Source of the DNA: Candidatus Jorgensenbacteria bacterium RIFCSPLOWO2_01_FULL_45_25b
Lineage (GTDB): Bacteria; Patescibacteriota; Minisyncoccia; UBA6257; GWB1-50-10
Length of the DNA stretch: 57,984 bases
Assembly (NCBI GenBank): GCA_001781035.1
Contig: MFKK01000037.1
Coordinates: 1 to 57,984 of the forward strand
Direction: 5' to 3'
The position numbers were made by a program, and so were the translations under genes. Positions 36,798 through 45,756 of this stretch are shown here, in pieces (the stretch's first letter is position 1; every line of letters begins with the position of its first letter). The notes below the pieces were generated by a model that was given only the letters and a program-made list of their open reading frames with translations, made no database searches and was not told where the DNA came from.

Positions 36798-37634
36798 ATG
36801 AAAGAGAGAAATTTTCAACAGTTGCTGGACGCGCGTGGACGTCTCGGCAAGTTTCTTTGCGTCGGGCTTGATAGCGAATTTAGCAGGATTCCTTTGTCCG
36901 CGCGGACTGATAGCATCGCGGATTCTATTGCAGGGTTTAATCGGGCAATTGTTGAGGCGACGAAGGATTTTGTGTGCGCGTACAAACCGAACGTCGCTTT
37001 TTATGAGGCGTATGGGGACGAGGGATATTCCGCTTTGCGACGGACTGTTCTTGATATTCATACCATCGTGCCGGATGTGCCGGTGATTCTTGACGCAAAG
37101 CGCGCGGATATCGGCAGTACGAATGCCAATTACGCGAAGATGGCATTTGAGTATATTCAAGCTGACGCGATTACGGTTCATCCGTATCTTGGAGGGGAGG
37201 CACTTTTGCCCTTCCTTACGCGAGCGGAGAAGGGCGTTATTGTACTTTGTCGCACATCCAATTTGGGAGCAGGCGAGTTTCAGGATTTATTAGTAAATAG
37301 CGAACCTCTTTATCGTTTTGTCGCGCGCCGAGTCGCGAGTAAGTGGAATAAAAATGGTAACTGCGGACTTGTTGTCGGGGCAACGTATCCCGACGAGCTT
37401 CACGAAGTTCGTGAAATTGTCGGCGACATGCCAATTCTTATTCCGGGCATTGGCGCGCAGGGCGGCGATTTGCAGAAAGTTGTTTCCGCGGGCAGGGATA
37501 GCCACGGACGAGGCATTATATTAAGTTCTTCACGCGGTATTCTATTTGCTTCCGATGGCGTGGATTTCGCGGAAGCCGCCCGACGCGAGACGGAGAAGCT
37601 TCATACGCTTATTAGTCAATATATGCGAATATAA
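36798..37634 (+). CDS. pyrF: Orotidine-5'-phosphate decarboxylase
   Basis: LCVGLD, YKPN, DAKRADIGST, VVGAT, PGIGAQGG, SSRG. Confidence 0.96.
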   Translation: MKERNFQQLLDARGRLGKFLCVGLDSEFSRIPLSARTDSIADSIAGFNRAIVEATKDFVCAYKPNVAFYEAYGDEGYSALRRTVLDIHTIVPDVPVILDAKRADIGSTNANYAKMAFEYIQADAITVHPYLGGEALLPFLTRAEKGVIVLCRTSNLGAGEFQDLLVNSEPLYRFVARRVASKWNKNGNCGLVVGATYPDELHEVREIVGDMPILIPGIGAQGGDLQKVVSAGRDSHGRGIILSSSRGILFASDGVDFAEAARRETEKLHTLISQYMRI

Positions 37635-37639
37635 AGAAT

Positions 37640-38263
37640 ATGAACGAGCAGGAAATGATACAAATTTTGAATGAGGTTGGAGCGATTATTACCGACAGCC
37701 ATATTGTGTATACTTCCGGGTTACACGGCGCGACGTATATAAATAAGGACGCGATTTATCCTCATATCGCGCTTACGTCTCGTCTTTGTCGCGCTATTGC
37801 CGAACGGTTTTTGGAAGACAATGTGGAAGCTGTTATCTCTCCAGCAATTGGGGGCGTGATTCTTTCGCAGTGGACGGCACATCATCTTACGGAGATGAGC
37901 GGGCGTGAGGTTTTGGGGGTTTATGCCGAGAAGTCTGATGGTGGTATGTTTATTATCAAGCGCGGTTATGACAAGCTTATTGTTCATAAGAATGTTTTGG
38001 TCGTGGAAGATATTTTGAATACCGGCGGGTCGGCGAAGAAGGTGATTGAGGCAACACGCGCAATCGGCGGGAAGGTTGTCGGGCTTGGCGTTCTTTGCAA
38101 TCGCGGAGAAGTGGCGCCTCAAGATGTGGCGAATGTTCCAAAACTTATCTCTCTTATCAATTTGAAGTTTGAGACATGGGAGGAGGCGGTTTGTCCTCTT
38201 TGTAAGCGAGGCGTTCCTATTAACACGGATGTCGGCAGAGGACGCTTGATTCCTCGCATATAA
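37640..38263 (+). CDS. pyrE: Orotate phosphoribosyltransferase
   Basis: TSGLH, LVVEDILNTGGS PRPP motif; adjacent to pyrF. Confidence 0.88.
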   Translation: MNEQEMIQILNEVGAIITDSHIVYTSGLHGATYINKDAIYPHIALTSRLCRAIAERFLEDNVEAVISPAIGGVILSQWTAHHLTEMSGREVLGVYAEKSDGGMFIIKRGYDKLIVHKNVLVVEDILNTGGSAKKVIEATRAIGGKVVGLGVLCNRGEVAPQDVANVPKLISLINLKFETWEEAVCPLCKRGVPINTDVGRGRLIPRI

Positions 38264-38267
38264 ATGT

Positions 38268-38804
38268 ATGAATATTATTCTCGCGGCGGTTATCTCTTTG
38301 GACGGGAAGATTACGCGTCACAATGAGACGGGCGCGATTTCTTGGAATTCTATTGAGGATAAGAAGCATTTTGCCCGGCTTATCGCGAAGAGCGACGCGA
38401 TTATTATGGGGAGGAAGACATACGAAGCGGCGCGGAAAATTATAGTCTTGTCGCCCAGAAGACTTCGTATTGTTCTTACGCGAGCGCCCGAGAAATATAA
38501 AAAAGAAGCCGTTTCTCGCGAGCTTGAATTCTCAAAAGAGTCTCCCCGCCAAATTATTCGTCGTCTTCAAAAAATGGGGCGTCGCAAAATTTTGATTGTC
38601 GGAGGAGGGGAGATATACGCGCTTTTTTTGAGGGAGGGGCTGGTTTCCCGAATAGAGCTTACGATTGAGCCAAAGATATTCGGAACGGGAGGAAATTTTC
38701 TCGCGCCTCTTCAGATGAAGAAAGAATTTCGTTTGGTTTCGGCGCGGCGATTAAACAGGCGAGGAACTTTGCTTTTGACGTATGATGTGATTTCCACGAC
38801 TTAG
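38268..38804 (+). CDS. Dihydrofolate reductase / RibD C-terminal family protein
   Basis: SLDGKI, MGRKTY, VGGG, P.IFG.G. Confidence 0.85.
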   Translation: MNIILAAVISLDGKITRHNETGAISWNSIEDKKHFARLIAKSDAIIMGRKTYEAARKIIVLSPRRLRIVLTRAPEKYKKEAVSRELEFSKESPRQIIRRLQKMGRRKILIVGGGEIYALFLREGLVSRIELTIEPKIFGTGGNFLAPLQMKKEFRLVSARRLNRRGTLLLTYDVISTT

Positions 38805-39733
38805 AATGTTATTGTTTTTCCGTCAAAGGCGGATTTAATTTTCACCGTACCGGTTCCGGGTGTTATTTCGCCGATTACTGTGGCATTTTTTGTTTTTGAG
38901 AGTATTGCTGATACCTCTTTTTTTGGAGTAGAAAATATAAAACCTATTCCGCAATTGAATGTTTGGTACATGTCTTTGTTTGCCATCCCTTTTTTGTGGA
39001 TTTCATAAAATATTTTTTGAGGCAGGAGGCTTTTGGGGTGTTCTATATTAGCGTTCGCTTTCCCCAATATATCTTTCAGTTTGGTAAAGGCGCCGCCTGT
39101 GATGTGCATTAAACCGTTTATTTGATGTTTGGAGGAGAGGCTTAGAATTGTATCAAGGTATATCGCTGTCGGCGTTGTAAATTCGTGTCTTTTTATATTT
39201 CCGAACATTTTTCGTATCGCGGTGAAGCCGTTTGAGTGAAGACCGGAGCTTTTGAGACCTATTAGAATGTCGCCAATTTGAAACTTGTTTGGTTTAGGAT
39301 TTTTTACAAACCCCGAAACGGTCATACTAATATCAAGTCCCTCCGTATTGTTATGAAAAGAGTTTTCTCCTCCTGCGATTGCTATCTTGTATTTCAGGCA
39401 TTGCCGAACCAGCTCTTGAATTATTTTGAAGATTCGTTCGTTTTCAAGCGGAACTGTGATGTGATTTGAAAGCTTGTAGGGGATTGCCCGAATGATCGCG
39501 AGGTCGTTTAGGTTCATCGCCAGGGCGTCAATAACTGCGGCTTTAAATGTTCCTTCTTTCCAGTGATAGAATCCTTTCGTGCCTATGCCGTCGGTGTGGT
39601 CAACTTCCGGATAGGAAACCTTTTTTTGAATAATGGGATAGGTGTTGAATGTTACCGAAACGTAGGGGGTTTGCCAGGTTTTTTTAATTTCGTTGATGAT
39701 TTTTTGCTTGTAGGGTTTGAAGGGTTTGTACAT
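38801..39733 (-). CDS. purM: AIR synthase (compact)
   Basis: TDGIGTK, AMNLND, GGE, SSGLHSNGF, HITGG, TFNCGIG. Confidence 0.9.
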   Translation of the reverse strand: MYKPFKPYKQKIINEIKKTWQTPYVSVTFNTYPIIQKKVSYPEVDHTDGIGTKGFYHWKEGTFKAAVIDALAMNLNDLAIIRAIPYKLSNHITVPLENERIFKIIQELVRQCLKYKIAIAGGENSFHNNTEGLDISMTVSGFVKNPKPNKFQIGDILIGLKSSGLHSNGFTAIRKMFGNIKRHEFTTPTAIYLDTILSLSSKHQINGLMHITGGAFTKLKDILGKANANIEHPKSLLPQKIFYEIHKKGMANKDMYQTFNCGIGFIFSTPKKEVSAILSKTKNATVIGEITPGTGTVKIKSAFDGKTITF

Positions 39734-39746
39734 GAGATTTTTACCA

Positions 39747-40277
39747 TTATAGGAAGCTTTGTTTTATGACTTTCAGCGCGTTTTTATTCGCGGGGTCAAT
39801 GACAATTTTTTCCGCTTCATCAAACGTGAGCCATTTTGTGTCGTGAAATTCGCGCGGGTCAATATTAAAGTCATCTCCGTTTGTTTCCATTATAAACCAA
39901 ATATCAAAGTGTGTTTTGCAGGGCCTTGTGCTGTTTTCTATGTTGGTAATGGTAAAGAGAAAAGAAGGCGGGAGTTCTTTGAAAAAGTTTTCTACGCCTA
40001 ATTCTTCGTGGATTTCGCGATTTAGCGTTTGCCAAAGCGTTTCGCCTTTATCAATATGTCCGCCAGGAGCAAACCAGAGACCGGATTTTTTGTGGTGAAC
40101 GATAAAAACCTTTTTGTTTTTCGGATTGTAGGGCAGAAAATAGGCGCAAAAGTGGCTTTCCGGATTTTCGTCTCTTGTAAGCGCGTCCTTTTTTAACCGT
40201 TTTAGATAGAGTTCGCGGACCTCTTCATTTTTGCAGGCTGAAGTTTTCAGGATGTTTAAGATTTGAGAGTGAAGCAT
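39747..40277 (-). CDS. NUDIX hydrolase
   Basis: PGGHIDKGETLWQTLNREIHEELG Nudix box. Confidence 0.9.
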   Translation of the reverse strand: MLHSQILNILKTSACKNEEVRELYLKRLKKDALTRDENPESHFCAYFLPYNPKNKKVFIVHHKKSGLWFAPGGHIDKGETLWQTLNREIHEELGVENFFKELPPSFLFTITNIENSTRPCKTHFDIWFIMETNGDDFNIDPREFHDTKWLTFDEAEKIVIDPANKNALKVIKQSFL

Positions 40278-40290
40278 ATTTTGGCGGTGA

Positions 40291-40326
40291 AAACATTCCA
40301 GCATTCTCAAGAATGTTGGAATGTTT
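40291..40326. repeat. Palindrome family C, copy 1 (ACATTCCARCATTCTCAAGAATGTTGGAATGT)
   Basis: Second copy at 53227-53266. Confidence 0.88.
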
Positions 40327-40437
40327 ACGCTTTGTTATTTAATATCAAAATAATTTTTTCTGGTTTTGTGAGCCTTGAATAGTGGAGAACAATCTTATCA
40401 TCATACAAACGATGTGGGTGTGCTACAATCAGAGTAT

Positions 40438-40977
40438 ATGACTGAAGATGAGCAAAGGCAAGACAATGTTGCTTTTGTGGATGGGCAAAATTTATATATG
40501 AGCACCACGATGGCGGACAAGCCATGGCACATTGATTTAGCCCGACTTCGCGTATATTTGAAGAGAAAATACAAAGTTGAGAAAGCGTACTATTTTTTGG
40601 GTTTTACACAAGAAGATCGCCGCGAACTTTATGACGAAATACAAGAAGCGGGATTTATTCTCCAATTCAGGGAGCATAGTTCAGTAATGCTTGGCAAAAA
40701 GAAAGGAAATGTTGATACCGATATTGTTTTCGCCGTCATGAAAGCGTTATATCGTAATGAAGTATTTGGAGGGGTTGTTTTGGTGTCGGGCGACGGAGAT
40801 TATAAAATGTTGGTTGATTTTTTAATTGAGGAAAATAAGTTTGGGAAAATACTTTTTCCGAACCAAAAAAGAGCATTTTCTTTATATAAACGTATAGCGT
40901 TGAGATACAAAGCCGATTTAAGTGCCGAATTAGTAAGAAGGAAGATAGAAAAAGAAAAGGGCTCCTTAGGTAGTTAG
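40438..40977 (+). CDS. NYN-domain (PIN-like) protein
   Basis: FVDGQNL, KGNVDTD, LVSGDGDY. Confidence 0.9.
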   Translation: MTEDEQRQDNVAFVDGQNLYMSTTMADKPWHIDLARLRVYLKRKYKVEKAYYFLGFTQEDRRELYDEIQEAGFILQFREHSSVMLGKKKGNVDTDIVFAVMKALYRNEVFGGVVLVSGDGDYKMLVDFLIEENKFGKILFPNQKRAFSLYKRIALRYKADLSAELVRRKIEKEKGSLGS

Positions 40978-41059
40978 CCGTTCGGATCCCTTTTCGTCGT
41001 GATGTTTATATGTTAAACAATAGCATTAATGGTGTCAATTGCGAGAAAGTCAACATTAA

Positions 41060-42481
41060 TTACTTAAGGCTGGCTCTTGTGATGGAGCCAAAATAGCCTT
41101 TTGCCGGAACGATTCCCAGACTTGCTTGATATTCTGCGAGGGCGTTTTGAGTGAGCGTTCCAAAGTATCCCGTGCTTCCCGCCTTCGCGAGAGCGAGAGC
41201 TACGGGGCCGGTATTTTTTTTGATTAAGTATCGTTGCAGAAGTTGTACCGCGCTTCCTTCCGAACCGATTTTGAGGTCTATATTTATTGAGGCAAGACTA
41301 AGTGTTTCGTTTGTTTTTTGGGAATGTTGCGAGATTATTTCGGACGGCACAACTTCTCGTGATAAAAGGCTTAACATATGCGTTTTTGTAACGGGGCCGA
41401 AGTATCCTTGAGCGGGAAAAATGTCTACCGACGCTTGGTATTCCGCGAGGGCGTTTTGCGTGAGCGTTCCAAAGTATCCCGTGCTTCCCGCCTTCGCGAG
41501 AGCGAGAGCTACGGGGCCGGCACTCTCTTTAATTAAGATTTCTTGAAGGAGACGCACGCTCTCGTTCTGCTCTTTTGCTTTTATGTTTGTATCTATCAGC
41601 CGAGCTTTCGCGAGAATATCCTCGTTTTCCAGTAGCCATGTGATGATTTTTGGCAGTGTTTGTTTTGTGGTTTGCGCTTCTTTGATGAATTCCGGATATT
41701 CGCTTATGACGTGAATGGCAACAGAAAACGCCGTGTCTGATTTGTCTATTATCCTGCTTAATATCTCTATTCTTTCTTCCAGAGAAAATTCTTTCGTAAG
41801 GCGCGGATAGGGATTTGTCGCGATTCCCGTGTAATAGATGCCGAGGTGGAGATGCGGTAGTGTCCATCTGGCATTTCCCGTATTTCCGACATATCCAATT
41901 ACATCGCCGCGCGAGAGTGTTTGCCCCGCTATTATGTTAGGGGCAACTTCATCAAGGTGGGCGTAATAAAATTGTTCGCCTCCGGGGTTCGCGGTTAACA
42001 CAAAATTTCCACCCCGATTATCATAGCCGATGTTTGTGATGACCGCGTCTGTCGGAGAGATGATGAACGCGCCCCGCGGAGCTATGATATCTATTCCCTT
42101 ATGCACTCGTCCGTTTTGGCGTTTGTGATTCCATGAGTTTTCGGTTTCATTTGGTTTTATGTTGAAAAGTATTGGTATGTATATGTCTTCCGACGGATTT
42201 GGATTTAGAGCCCTTACCTTGTCTTGAACATCCTCGGGTATTCTAAAAAGAAACCCCTCAATCGCGTCGTCGGATATTGTTTGGAGAGTTGAGGAAGAAT
42301 CCATAGGAAGGGTGGAGGAGGGTTCTGTGAGCGCGATTGTGGAGGATACGGCGAGCGGGGAGACTGGAATTTCCTCGGCGCGCGCTATGTTGGAAGGAGC
42401 TTGTTTTACGAGAATACTCACTATTCCAAAGGCCAGAAGCATCGCAAAAGCCTTTTGTTTCTTGAGGTTTGATATGCCCAT
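41060..42481 (-). CDS. M23 peptidase with two peptidoglycan-binding repeats
   Basis: HKGIDI, YYAHL, VGNTGNA, PHLH; duplicated TGYFGTLTQNALAEYQ. Confidence 0.9.
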   Translation of the reverse strand: MGISNLKKQKAFAMLLAFGIVSILVKQAPSNIARAEEIPVSPLAVSSTIALTEPSSTLPMDSSSTLQTISDDAIEGFLFRIPEDVQDKVRALNPNPSEDIYIPILFNIKPNETENSWNHKRQNGRVHKGIDIIAPRGAFIISPTDAVITNIGYDNRGGNFVLTANPGGEQFYYAHLDEVAPNIIAGQTLSRGDVIGYVGNTGNARWTLPHLHLGIYYTGIATNPYPRLTKEFSLEERIEILSRIIDKSDTAFSVAIHVISEYPEFIKEAQTTKQTLPKIITWLLENEDILAKARLIDTNIKAKEQNESVRLLQEILIKESAGPVALALAKAGSTGYFGTLTQNALAEYQASVDIFPAQGYFGPVTKTHMLSLLSREVVPSEIISQHSQKTNETLSLASINIDLKIGSEGSAVQLLQRYLIKKNTGPVALALAKAGSTGYFGTLTQNALAEYQASLGIVPAKGYFGSITRASLK

Positions 42482-42559
42482 ACGCGTTTTTCTATTCTAC
42501 CATGTATAGCAAGATATGTCTCGGGGGTCTAGTGAAATTAAAAAAGAAAACATAAAAAA

Positions 42560-42597
42560 CGTTGCACTTTTTCCACGATCGTGGAAAAAGTGCAACG
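42560..42597. repeat. 38-bp palindrome family A, copy 3 (perfect)
   Basis: CGTTGCACTTTTTCCACGATCGTGGAAAAAGTGCAACG. Confidence 0.95.
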
Positions 42598-42622
42598 TAA
42601 GTTGCGCAGCAATATCTTGCTC

Positions 42623-43736
42623 TGTCCAGGTTCAGATACATATGAGACACTAGGTTTGTAAAGTAATGATGTTTCGCGTCGGCATTCGACCTTGTTCCAA
42701 TTTCGCCAGATATTCTTTTGGGGTGAGATAGCTTAACGCTTCGTGCGGTCTCACGTTGTTCCAAACATCTTGCCATACTCGTATTCTCTCGCGCATAACA
42801 GGGAGGAGCATGGAAATGTTCCCTTGCCGGTAGAATTCTCTCTCATCTGCCCCGTGAGAGATTTCAACGTACGTATTCTGTTTCGGATGTCTGGGGTATG
42901 TGAAGAAGTGAGACAGATTGAGTTCCCGACACCTCTTTTCAAACTCCTTCTGAAACGGAGCTCCATTGTCTGTCTGAACAGCCCGAATCGGAAAAGAGAA
43001 CCCCTAGAGACACTCTTCAAGAAACAAGGCTCCATTTCTTGACGACTCGGAGGCATACACCCGAAGAACTCTTGTTTTTGAAAGCACGTCAATGGCGGTG
43101 AATTGATAGAGCTTCTTTCCTCCGGGAAGCATGATGTGTTTCGTATCCATCTGTACCATATCACCAGGTGAAGATATCCTCATTCCATGCGGGAACCTTG
43201 CTCTTGGATGGAGAGCCGCTCTTCTTCGTTTCTCTGATATCTTCTTTGCGATCATACCGCGACGTTTCAAAATTCTTCCTATGGTGCTTGCGGAAACCAT
43301 CACTCCTTCTCGTTTCAGAAGGACATGGAGCTTGTGCTTTGACCACGCAGGATGCTCTCTGCGCAGGGAAACGATGCGTGCCGCCACTTCAGGCGGAGTT
43401 GTCGGTTTGCGGAGACGCTTCGGTCTTCGCGACTCCTCATTCAGTCCCAGAAGTCCGCGCGTGCGATATCGTTCAAACCATCGGTGCATCGTTGCGCGTC
43501 CGATGCCAAAATGACGGGCAGTGAGAGCGGTGTTTTTTCCATGAGCTCTGTGCCAGTCGAGAATGTTGATCCTGTATCTTGCTTCTTTCGTCAACCTTTC
43601 CCCAAGAAGGGCAGAACGCGCGATGGATGTCGCTCCGGGGAAGACTGTTCCGTATATGGTCATATGACGACCACTGTATCTTCCTTTCATCTTTTTTGAG
43701 AAGCGCTATGTGTATCATATGTTATGAACCAGTACA
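42623..43736 (-). mobile_element. IS481-family insertion sequence
   Basis: TGT...ACA ends with imperfect ~27-bp TIRs; 5-bp TSD TGCTC (42618-42622, 43737-43741). Confidence 0.9.
42650..43690 (-). pseudogene. IS481 DDE transposase with an in-frame TAG at 43004-43006
   Basis: HTH, VQMDTK, AID; the same frame continues after the stop as VQTDNG..KQNTYVE..WNNVRPH..LTP. Confidence 0.9.
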
Positions 43737-43779
43737 TGCTCTTTTCACGGCGCTATTTATGTGTTATTCTGCAGTCGTT

Positions 43780-45189
43780 ATGTTTCGCGATAAAAATTTT
43801 TTGAAATATATTCGGCAGTTTAGGTATGTTGTATTGGTCGCGGGTATCGCGATTTTGATACCGTCCTTTTATTTGAAAAAGGCGAGTCAGACTGTTGAGG
43901 TGGTCGTTTCCAACGGAGAAAACACGAAGATTCAATTTGCTTACGGCAGTTGGCCGGCGCTAGAAAACGCCCGCTTTTTTGAAAAAGTAAAACAGGATTT
44001 TGTTTCAAAGCAAACTGATTTTATTGAGGCGGACCTTTCCGCGATGTTGGTGCGCATGTATAGAAAGGGAGCGCTTGTGAAGGAGGTGCCAATTGTTTCC
44101 AAGGGGAAACCGGGTTCCTGGTGGGAAACTCCCGCGGGATTGTATAAAATTGAAGCAAAAAAAGAAAGCCATTATTCTTCTTTTGGACACGTCTATTTGC
44201 CGTATAGCATGCCTTTTCAGGGAAATTTTTTTATTCACGGGTGGCCACGCTATGAAAATGGCAAACCCGTGCCGGAAGGATATTCCGGTGGTTGTATTCG
44301 TCTTTCTGATGAGAATGCAAAAGAGGTTTATTCGTTCGCGAGCGTTGGAATGCCCGTGCTTGTGTATGAGCAATCTTTTGGAAGCGACCCTAGTAGGCAG
44401 GATTTTTCCTATACCTTTAAACAGCCACAAGTAAGCGCCGTGAGTTATCTTGCCGCTGATTTGGAGAACAACTTTGTGTTTCTTGAAAACAAGCCGAGTG
44501 AGCGACGTTCCATCGCGTCGCTTACCAAGCTCATGACCGCGCTTGTTGGAGTGGAATATATCAATGTTGAGCGTGAAGTAACCATCACCCCTTCTATGCT
44601 GGTTGAAACGGGTATTCCGCGTCTTAAGGCGGGAGACCGTTTTTCTGTTCTTGACGTTCTTTCGGCTCTGCTTATGGAATCATCCAATGAGGCGGCGAGG
44701 GCGGTAGCGGTGTCGCTCGGTGAAAAGCGATTTGTACAGCTTATGAATACTAAAGCCGTCGCGATTGGCATGAAGCAGTCTGCGTTTGTAGATACATCGG
44801 GCGCTCTCTTGGGTAATGTTTCAACCGTAGAAGATTTGTTCGCGCTCGCAAAATATCTCTATTACAACCGAAGTTTTGTTCTGCACATGAGCGTAGGAAA
44901 AGAAAGTCGCGCTGTGTATGGCCTATCGGCATTTAAGAATCTCAAAAATCTTAATGCTATTCCCAGTTTACAGGGAATGGTGGGTGGCAAGACAGATGAT
45001 GGCGATACGGCGAGCGATGGCATGCTCGCGGTATTTGAGATTACTATTGGAGGGAAGAAGCGACCGATTGCCATTATTGTGCTTGGGTCTCGCGACGGCA
45101 AGCGAGACGTGGAGGAGGTGTTTCAGTACGTCTTGTCAAATTATGAAAGAAAGGATAGTAGCGCGTTAGATGAAAACGCGGCGCTATAG
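43780..45189 (+). CDS. L,D-transpeptidase (YkuD) fused to an S11 D-Ala-D-Ala carboxypeptidase domain
   Basis: ETP.G, IHGW, SGGCIRL; ASLTKLMT (SxxK), SSN (SxN), GKTD. Confidence 0.85.
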   Translation: MFRDKNFLKYIRQFRYVVLVAGIAILIPSFYLKKASQTVEVVVSNGENTKIQFAYGSWPALENARFFEKVKQDFVSKQTDFIEADLSAMLVRMYRKGALVKEVPIVSKGKPGSWWETPAGLYKIEAKKESHYSSFGHVYLPYSMPFQGNFFIHGWPRYENGKPVPEGYSGGCIRLSDENAKEVYSFASVGMPVLVYEQSFGSDPSRQDFSYTFKQPQVSAVSYLAADLENNFVFLENKPSERRSIASLTKLMTALVGVEYINVEREVTITPSMLVETGIPRLKAGDRFSVLDVLSALLMESSNEAARAVAVSLGEKRFVQLMNTKAVAIGMKQSAFVDTSGALLGNVSTVEDLFALAKYLYYNRSFVLHMSVGKESRAVYGLSAFKNLKNLNAIPSLQGMVGGKTDDGDTASDGMLAVFEITIGGKKRPIAIIVLGSRDGKRDVEEVFQYVLSNYERKDSSALDENAAL

Positions 45190-45196
45190 GTTGAGT

Positions 45197-45721
45197 TTAC
45201 GGGATAAATTTTTTGAAGACATCGGCGAGTTTTTCAACGACGCCTACTTTTATGTCTTCCTCGGTTTTTACGGGATGCTTTGAGATAATCGCGCGCGGAG
45301 GAGTGTGGAGATTTTTTACCGAGTCAATGATAAAATCCAAGAATTTTTTCTGTTCCGCTTCGCGCTCCTGATTTATATTTTCTTTTAGCAGTACGCGATA
45401 CGCCTCAAGAGAGCGCGCCATCATTGATTTGAAAGAGTATTCTTCCAGGTATTCCCGCTCCCTGTTGTGTTGGGCGTGAAAGAAGATGGCGGAGTATATA
45501 AGGGGAAGGGTGAGGGCGAGTTCCACCCAAAGGATTATGCTAAATCCCATTTCGGTCGTGAGGCTGAAGGCGAAGAGCGCGATGCAGAGGAGAAGGATGT
45601 TATTTATAATAAAGCAGTTCCGCCACATATTCTTTGATTTTTCCAGCTCTATTTTTCGTTCCTCAAAGATATTGAAGGGCGATTCCGTTGATGTTGTGTT
45701 TATTTTTATTCTCTTTCCCAT
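45197..45721 (-). CDS. Hypothetical membrane protein
   Basis: Two TM helices, EEYSFK; extended -10 just upstream. Confidence 0.65.
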   Translation of the reverse strand: MGKRIKINTTSTESPFNIFEERKIELEKSKNMWRNCFIINNILLLCIALFAFSLTTEMGFSIILWVELALTLPLIYSAIFFHAQHNREREYLEEYSFKSMMARSLEAYRVLLKENINQEREAEQKKFLDFIIDSVKNLHTPPRAIISKHPVKTEEDIKVGVVEKLADVFKKFIP

Positions 45722-45756
45722 GCATTTGATTATATCATATGTTATACTATATGTTA

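Noticed and set aside
36768..37181. N-terminal extension of the hydrolase ORF in the track
   Set aside because: It is antisense to pyrF; a TATAAT 6 nt before the ATG at 36767 supports the shorter start.
42751..43164. Separate 137-aa gene or programmed frameshift in the IS
   Set aside because: The transposase continues in its own frame past a single TAG, so this ORF is off-frame.
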